DNA of 64,000 nucleotides. Source: Dehalococcoidia bacterium (GTDB lineage: Bacteria; Chloroflexota; Dehalococcoidia; SM23-28-2). Below the pieces are notes generated by a model. The model was not told where the DNA came from, searched no databases, and saw only the letters and a program-made list of their open reading frames with translations. Each line of letters opens with the position of its first letter. Positions within the stretch are counted from its first letter, which is position 1. Positions 56,861 through 64,000 of this stretch are shown here, piece after piece. Position numbers and translations under genes: made by a program. The stretch spans positions 1,831,697 through 1,895,696 of the forward strand of contig CP070630.1 in the NCBI GenBank assembly GCA_020356025.1. Reading direction: 5' to 3'.

Positions 56861-57292
56861 AACCAGACCGGCGGCGCCACGCTCTCCGTGCTCCATCCGC
56901 CGCGCGATTTCTTGGATGCCACCGCCGACGAGGACGACAACTCGCTGGTGCTGAAGGCCAGCCTGGGAGATGCCGCCTTTCTCCTGACGGCGGACATCGG
57001 CGCAGACGGCGAGGCGTACCTGCTGGACAGCGATACAGACCTGCGCGCCCCCGTGCTGAAAGTAGCCCACCACGGCTCCCGCGCCTCCACCTCCACCGCC
57101 TTCCTGGCCGCCGTCGAGCCCCTCACGGCCGTCATCTCGCTGGGCGAGGACAACCGCTACGGCCACCCTTCGCCCCAGACGCTCGACCGGCTGGGCACCC
57201 ACCCCGTCTTCCGCACCGACCTCCACGGCGACGTGCAGATCACCACCAACGGCCACAAGCTCTGGATCAAGACGCAGCGGGGCAGAGGGTAA
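56861..57292 (+). pseudogene. comEC: comEC/rec2 3' fragment (C-terminal part of the metallo-beta-lactamase domain only)
   Basis: GGATLSVLHPPRD...DDNSLVLKASLGDAAFLLTADIGADGEAYLL...APVLKVAHHGSRASTSTAFLAAVEPLTAVISLGEDNRYGHPSPQTLDRL...FRTDLHGDVQI matches the ComEC C-terminus. The HxHxDH part and all membrane domains are absent upstream. Confidence 0.75.
57117..57276 (+). repeat. direct repeat copy 1 (comEC 3' end, about 160 bp)
   Basis: Near-identical to 58187-58346, with a handful of substitutions seen by eye. Confidence 0.85.
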
Positions 57293-57396
57293 CCCGCTGG
57301 CGGCGAAAACTTCTTCCCTCGCCAGCTCTCGCGGCTACGCGCACTCCGTGATGGCCTTCGATCTAATCAGATTACCCTGATAAGTATTGCCCCCTA

Positions 57397-57425
57397 TTGA
57401 CAATGTCCTGCAAGGGGTGTATACC
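57397..57425 (+). promoter_or_regulatory. near-consensus promoter TTGACA-17-(TG)TATACC
   Basis: ttgaca 57397-57402, 17-nt spacer ending in gtg, tatacc 57420-57425; in an AT-richer spacer. Confidence 0.5.
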
Positions 57426-57488
57426 CTGCTTGCGGCTGTCTTATGTCGGCAACCACGAATGTTGAGAGTCGATGAAAGGAGGACAAGC

Positions 57489-57803
57489 ATGGCACTCTAC
57501 ATCACGAACACAGTCAGGATCAAACCAGGGCATGTCCAGGACTTCTTCGCGTGGACGCCGAAGGTGATCCCCATCTACGAGAAGTATGGCGTGAAGTTCC
57601 ATGGAGCGTTTCAGGCTGTGGGCGGCGAGGGGAACGTCGCCGTTTACCTGGTGTCGGTCCGAGACTTTGCGGCCTGGGGAGACGTCAACCAAAAGCTACA
57701 AGCGGATGCGGACTTTCAGGCGGCGCAGCGCGAGGGGGGCAATCACATCGACGGGAACGTCATCCAAGCTCTCACGCCGTTGCCTGGCTCAGGGATGGAG
57801 TAA
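57489..57803 (+). CDS. NIPSNAP-like / dimeric alpha-beta-barrel small protein
   Basis: 104 aa from ATG 57489 (SD aaggagg). MALYITNTVRIKPGHVQDFFAW...VAVYLVSVRDFAAWGD pattern. Confidence 0.55.
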   Translation: MALYITNTVRIKPGHVQDFFAWTPKVIPIYEKYGVKFHGAFQAVGGEGNVAVYLVSVRDFAAWGDVNQKLQADADFQAAQREGGNHIDGNVIQALTPLPGSGME

Positions 57804-57868
57804 GGACGTCTGACGAGCGGAATCGGCAACGGGCCAGCAAACGTGGCCAAGGAGGAAGGAGAAAGCCG

Positions 57869-58162
57869 ATGGCTACATATGTGTCGCTGGTTCGCTTCAC
57901 TGACCAGGGCATCCGCGGCGTCAAGGACGCGCCCGAGCGCATCGCCGCCGTTGAAAAGTTGCTGGGCCAGGTCGGTGCCAGAATGAGTGAGATCTACCTG
58001 ACCATGGGCCGCTATGACTATGTGGTGATCATGGAGGCTCCCGACGACGAGACGGTGACCAAAGCGGCGTTGGCGGTGAGCTCGCTGGGCAACGTTCGCA
58101 CCGAGACCCTGCGGGCCTACACGAGGCCGGAGATCGGGAAGATCATCAGCGGCCTGCCGTAG
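57869..58162 (+). CDS. GYD-domain protein
   Basis: 97 aa: MATYVSLVRFTDQGIRGVKDAPERI...LTMGRYDYVVIMEAPDDETVTKAALAVSSLGNVRTETLRAY, the canonical GYD family pattern. Confidence 0.85.
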   Translation: MATYVSLVRFTDQGIRGVKDAPERIAAVEKLLGQVGARMSEIYLTMGRYDYVVIMEAPDDETVTKAALAVSSLGNVRTETLRAYTRPEIGKIISGLP

Positions 58163-58180
58163 GCCTATCCTTCCTGACGA

Positions 58181-58362
58181 CGGTGAAGCCCCTGACGGCC
58201 GTCATCTCGCTGGGCGAGGACAACCGCTACGGCCACCCTTCGCCTCAGACGCTCGACAGGCTGGGCAGGCGCCCCGTCTTCCGCACCGGCCTCCACGGCG
58301 ACGTGCAGATCACCACCAACGGCCACAAGCTCTGGATCAAAACGCAGAGAACTGGGCACTAG
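58181..58362 (+). pseudogene. comEC: second comEC 3' fragment (last about 55 codons)
   Basis: VKPLTAVISLGEDNRYGHPSPQTLDRLGRRPVFRTGLHGDVQITTNGHKLWIKTQRTGH*, a duplicate of the end of the 56861..57292 fragment. Confidence 0.75.
58187..58346 (+). repeat. direct repeat copy 2 (comEC 3' end)
   Basis: See 57117-57276. Confidence 0.85.
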
Positions 58363-58386
58363 TCACCTCACTCCCCACATAAACCA

Positions 58387-58418
58387 GTAGCGGGCGCGCC
58401 ATCGGCTACGCCCGCTAC
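58387..58418. terminator. GC hairpin between convergent comEC fragment and TadG-like gene
   Basis: gtagcgggcg (58387-58396) pairs with cgcccgctac (58409-58418); on the minus strand it is followed by tggtttatg. Confidence 0.4.
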
Positions 58419-58449
58419 CCACGTCGGTCGTTCCCTCAGACGCTCTCTA

Positions 58450-59475
58450 TCACTCTACCAGCCGCACGAAGCGGATCAAGCTATCGGGCTCTAGAGCCCC
58501 AATCAGGCTGCCCACATCGGCCTGAGCATCCATGAACCAGCCGGTGACCTCGCAGTCGTTGCCCGTGCAGCTACCCAGCTCCTCGAGGAAGAACATTGCG
58601 AACTTCAGTATAGTCACCTCGCAACGGCCGTGGCACAGCTCTTCGATGACCGGAACGACGACCACCCTATTGCTATCGTGGGCTCCACCTGGCCCAAACG
58701 GATTGCAGCGCGTTTTCAGCCGATACGTGTCACCGTCCTCCTGAAAGACCTCCTCAAATTCGTCGCACGCCGAGCTGGTCTCGTCGATACGCCAGTTCAC
58801 GCCCGTGCGGGTGGGGCCAGTCATATTGCCGGGCTCCGTCTCCGTAGTAGGATCAGTACAGGTGGGCTGGCTTTCAGAACAGAGGGCGGTCTCAGAGCCG
58901 TACTTGATTGTCTCACGGTAGATGCTGGCACCGTCACCGTCGATGGCCAGGGCGCCGAAGTTGCCATGGTCGACATCGGTAGCGTCGTACTTGAGAACCG
59001 TCGGCTCATCAAGCTCGATGGCATCCTCCAGAACGCCAAAAGGCACTAGCCCCCCCATCCCAGCGGGCGAGCCCACGCGCGCGGTGGCATCGGCGCTCAT
59101 CGTGTCGCTGCTAAAGCCCAGCACGCGGGCAAACATAAATGGGACGTCTCGGCTCACCTCGACGGTAATGGTGTCATCGGCGATGTAGGTAGTGCTTATC
59201 TCGATGGACTCAAGCTCACCGGCATCGATTCCGTTGTTCGCCGCCCACTCCTCCGCCTTCTGCACGGCGTCGGTCGGCGACTCGGGCAGTTCCTGCGCTC
59301 CGGCCAGGGCAGCGGCATCAGCCGACTTCTGAAGCTCCCTCCTCTCGTGCAGGAATACCCCCACATCGATAGCTATGGCCGCAAACGCCATGATCACCAC
59401 CATCGCCAGCGCCGCCACCACGAGGCCCTGTCCCCGCTCCTCAACAACTTTCCCCACTACCAATCTCCCCAACAT
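58450..59475 (-). CDS. TadE/TadG-like (Flp-pilus-assembly N-terminal domain) protein, orphan
   Basis: N-terminus ERGQGLVVAALAMVVIMAFAAIAIDVGVFLHERRELQKSADAAALAGA is typical of the TadG-like family; no other tad genes in the window. Confidence 0.7.
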   Translation of the reverse strand: MLGRLVVGKVVEERGQGLVVAALAMVVIMAFAAIAIDVGVFLHERRELQKSADAAALAGAQELPESPTDAVQKAEEWAANNGIDAGELESIEISTTYIADDTITVEVSRDVPFMFARVLGFSSDTMSADATARVGSPAGMGGLVPFGVLEDAIELDEPTVLKYDATDVDHGNFGALAIDGDGASIYRETIKYGSETALCSESQPTCTDPTTETEPGNMTGPTRTGVNWRIDETSSACDEFEEVFQEDGDTYRLKTRCNPFGPGGAHDSNRVVVVPVIEELCHGRCEVTILKFAMFFLEELGSCTGNDCEVTGWFMDAQADVGSLIGALEPDSLIRFVRLVE

Positions 59476-59815
59476 AGCACCTACCTCCGCTCGATGCGAC
59501 TCCTCTTTCAGCCTTCTCCCTCTATGCGCTTAGACGCTTAACATAAGCATTCGCTACATGTAGCTCCTTATGCGATAGGCATCCGAAAAAGGACGTTGTT
59601 ACATTTGCGTCTACCCGCGAATGGTAGGCAAGAACCGCGTATCCTCAATGTTAGGCTAGCACTCTAGTCCTGATCTGCTACATGACAAAGGAGTAAAAAG
59701 CGGTAGAAACCTGGTTAAAGAAGGCTGCTCCATTCCAGTTGCAGCCGTCGAGTTGCCCACCCCGTGCTATACTCCTCCTGCCGTCATCGCCCTGGATGGC
59801 CTCGCTTCCCTGCCG

Positions 59816-59824
59816 GTGCTATAC
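59816..59824 (+). promoter_or_regulatory. extended -10 box TGCTATACT 10 nt upstream of the rph ATG (near-leaderless); twin box at 59765-59773
   Basis: ggtgctatact at 59814-59824, ATG 59835, no SD in between; a second ccgtgctatact lies 51 nt upstream. Confidence 0.45.
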
Positions 59825-59834
59825 TGACAGCGCC

Positions 59835-60578
<744 letters not shown>

Positions 60579-60620
60579 ATCGCTGCCATCAGTCCTTCCT
60601 TGCCTTGTATCCCCCAGCAA

Positions 60621-60648
60621 TTGACATTTCTCCTCGGCGGCATATACT
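60621..60648 (+). promoter_or_regulatory. near-consensus promoter TTGACA-16-TATACT
   Basis: ttgaca 60621-60626, tatact 60643-60648; SD ggaaggag then ATG 60695. Confidence 0.5.
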
Positions 60649-60694
60649 GGCTCTGCCCGGCGCGCTCAGACGCGCCGGAAGGAGACGTGCCAGA

Positions 60695-61306
60695 ATGGCT
60701 CTAGGCAAGGAGGAAGCCTGGCGGCGGTTCGCCACCGAAGTCGGCGGGGAGTTCGTAAAGGGCGACAGAGGGTTACGTCGGCTGTTCGGCGGAAAGCCCG
60801 ACAGAGTATTGGTGCAGGCCAACCAATGGCCCATCACGCTCGATACCTACGAGGCTGGCGACCAGTACACCAGCACAACCTACACTCGCATGATGGCCCC
60901 CTATGTGCACAACGATGGGTTTCGCTTCGCGCTGTACAGGAAGACCATGCTCAGTGGTTTAGGCAAGTTCTTGGGGATGCAGGACATTGAAGTTGGCTAC
61001 CCCGACTTCGACCCCGACTTCATGATCAAGGCCAACGACGAATTCAAAGTGCGCGAACTGTTGGCGGACTCGCGGATTCGCCAATTGATTCAGTCGCAGC
61101 CCTCTATCCACCTCCAGGTCAAACATGGCGAGGGCTGGTTCCGCCGCGGCCTGCCCCAGAACGTTCACCAACTGTACTTCGAAGAGGCAAGCCTGATCAC
61201 AGATGCTGCACGGTTGAAATCCCTCTGCGAGCTCTTCGGGGAGACCCTGAATCGACTCTACCAGATCGGCTCAGCTTCGAAGGAAGACCCAGGCGTAGAG
61301 CCCTAA
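60695..61306 (+). CDS. hypothetical protein
   Basis: 203 aa from ATG 60695 (SD ggaaggag 60677-60684). I do not recognise a family. Confidence 0.55.
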   Translation: MALGKEEAWRRFATEVGGEFVKGDRGLRRLFGGKPDRVLVQANQWPITLDTYEAGDQYTSTTYTRMMAPYVHNDGFRFALYRKTMLSGLGKFLGMQDIEVGYPDFDPDFMIKANDEFKVRELLADSRIRQLIQSQPSIHLQVKHGEGWFRRGLPQNVHQLYFEEASLITDAARLKSLCELFGETLNRLYQIGSASKEDPGVEP

Positions 61307-61328
61307 CCGACGACGGGGACTCCGACCC

Positions 61329-61652
61329 CTAGCCGTACTCTCCCAGGAACGTGCCCCCCAAAATGTGCACGTGGCCGTGCTGCTGGCTCTGCATCGCGTC
61401 GACGCCAAAGTTAGAGAGCAGGCGGAAGCCGCCCGGACAATGCTCCTGCCCCATGCGCACGGCGATCTCCCCCACCCGACCCATGTTCCGCCACAGTTCC
61501 TCCTGAGTGACGTGGCGCTTGGGGACGACCAGTAGCATCACCGGCACCCAGCGCAACAGATTGCGAAACACCATCACCTCGTCGTCCTCGTAGAGGACCT
61601 CCGCCTCCCCCTCGTGGGAAACGATTTGGCAGAAAGTACACCGATAACGCAC
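61329..61652 (-). CDS. HIT-family (histidine triad) protein
   Basis: CTFCQIV N-terminus and triad QQHGHVHILGG. Confidence 0.85.
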   Translation of the reverse strand: MRYRCTFCQIVSHEGEAEVLYEDDEVMVFRNLLRWVPVMLLVVPKRHVTQEELWRNMGRVGEIAVRMGQEHCPGGFRLLSNFGVDAMQSQQHGHVHILGGTFLGEYG

Positions 61653-61832
61653 GCTGGGCCCCCTGATCGAAGCGTCTCTTGCTGCTTGCGCCTGCCCGTC
61701 GGCATGAGCCCCAGGGCTGATCCGCCTCAGGCCGAGGCAGGGTCATTCTAGCGGCCCAGGACTCGCACGATCAACGGCCGCGATCCTTTACGCAGGGCCA
61801 GCGATTAGGCTATCATCCGCTCAGGAGTTCCC

Positions 61833-63158
<1,326 letters not shown>

Positions 63159-64000
63159 CTACAGCCGCACCAGCCGCGCCGAGAAGATACCAGAGATCTC
63201 CTTGACCTTCTTAAGTTGCTCGCCCGTCAGCGCCTCGTCCAGCGCGAGCACCATGAGCGCCAAGCCGCGCCGCTCGTGGCGGCCCACGTTCATGAAGCTA
63301 ACGTTCACATTGAAGTCGCCCAGTATCGTACCTACGGCGCCGATCATTCCCGGCCGGTCCTCGTTCTCGCAGACCAGCAGATAGCCCTCGCTCGGCGGGA
63401 TGTCCACCCAGTAGCCGTTCACCAGCACGACGTGGGCGCCGTCGTGCGCCAGGGTAGTCGACACCGTTGTCTCGCCGTCGCTCGTAGTGAGCCGCACGCC
63501 CACCAGGTTGCTGTACATCTCATGTGAGGTGTGCTTGTGCTCGTCGATGTTCAGCCCTCGCCTCTGGGCGATCAAGTCCGCGTTGACGATATTGACCGGT
63601 TCCTCGCTGATGGATGACAGCAGTCCCCGGATAACCGCCACCTTCAGAAGCGTCACGTCGTGCTGGCTGATCTCGCCCGCGTACTCTATCTGAACATCCT
63701 TCAGTTGCCCCTCGTGCAACTGCTGGGCAAGCAGCCCCGTTTTCAGTGCCACGTCAACATACGGCGCCAGAAACGAGAGGGTCTCCGGTGGAATGAGGGG
63801 AGCATTGACAGCATAACGCACCGGCTCGCCCTTCAGGTGGGCGATGATCTCCTTTGCCACGTCCACAGCCACCCGCTCCTGGGCCTCGGCGGTGGATGCC
63901 CCCAGATGAGGAGTCACCACAATGCGATCGCTCTCCGTCAGCTTGTTGCCCACCGCTGGCTCTTTGCTGAAAACATCGACGGCGGCGCCAGCGATCCGGC
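63159..64000 (-). CDS. serA: D-3-phosphoglycerate dehydrogenase, C-terminal part incl. ACT domain (gene runs off the window end)
   Basis: Frame stays open to position 64000 (manual check: ...RIAGAAVDVFSKEPAVGNKL). VVTPHLGASTAEAQ motif. C-terminal ACT LLVCENEDRPGMIGAVGTILGDFNVNVSFMNVGR. Confidence 0.88.
   Translation of the reverse strand, partial: RIAGAAVDVFSKEPAVGNKLTESDRIVVTPHLGASTAEAQERVAVDVAKEIIAHLKGEPVRYAVNAPLIPPETLSFLAPYVDVALKTGLLAQQLHEGQLKDVQIEYAGEISQHDVTLLKVAVIRGLLSSISEEPVNIVNADLIAQRRGLNIDEHKHTSHEMYSNLVGVRLTTSDGETTVSTTLAHDGAHVVLVNGYWVDIPPSEGYLLVCENEDRPGMIGAVGTILGDFNVNVSFMNVGRHERRGLALMVLALDEALTGEQLKKVKEISGIFSARLVRL

Overview
The window is a visibly GC-rich bacterial chromosomal segment. 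All calls were made by eye from the sequence and ORF track, with no computation or database search. I found no rRNA, tRNA, CRISPR array, transposase or integrase. The lineage cannot be determined from here. The gene content (CdaA-CdaR, PlsY-Der, a reduced nuo operon, many near-leaderless genes behind extended -10 boxes) would fit a Chloroflexota-like organism, but that is a guess.

**Layout**
- **1-13.6 kb, housekeeping:** relA/spoT fragment, hisS, prfA-prmC, GuaB3-like, rsmI, metG-tatD-polyprenyl synthase, and FmdB-recO-recR-ybaB-dnaX.
- **13.6-23.3 kb:** ybeY plus a nuo operon with the order A-C-D-H-J-K-[small ORF]-L-M-N. It has no nuoB, nuoI or nuoEFG.
- **23.5-33.6 kb:** aminotransferase, PHP, a two-gene MaoC hydratase pair, GNAT-NUDIX-HEAT, and plsY-der-cdaR-cdaA-argF.
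- **33.7-52.2 kb, acyl-CoA catabolic region:**
  - two orphan lipoprotein substrate-binding proteins, a crotonase, a CoA-transferase A/B pair, two AMP-ligases and a PaaI thioesterase
  - four thiolase-fold paralogs that all lack the nucleophilic cysteine
  - DUF35 modules alongside them: one free, one fused to an SCP2-like domain, one decayed remnant, and one OB-like tail fused to a thiolase-fold protein
- **53.1-59.5 kb, mosaic accessory stretch:**
  - a secreted beta-helix/TSP3/dockerin-like protein, whose in-frame TAG is followed by a membrane-anchor-like tail that is also present as an orphan copy upstream
  - a two-gene wHTH plus wHTH-TIR-like module
  - two comEC 3' fragments forming about 160-bp direct repeats around a NIPSNAP-like/GYD cassette
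  - an orphan TadG-like gene
- **59.8-64 kb, housekeeping:** rph, hypothetical, HIT, DUF1015 and a serA fragment.

**Best candidates for something new**
1. The wHTH/TIR-like two-gene module at 55.3-56.8 kb.
2. The Cys-less thiolase-fold/DUF35/SCP2 cluster at 35.1-45.1 kb.
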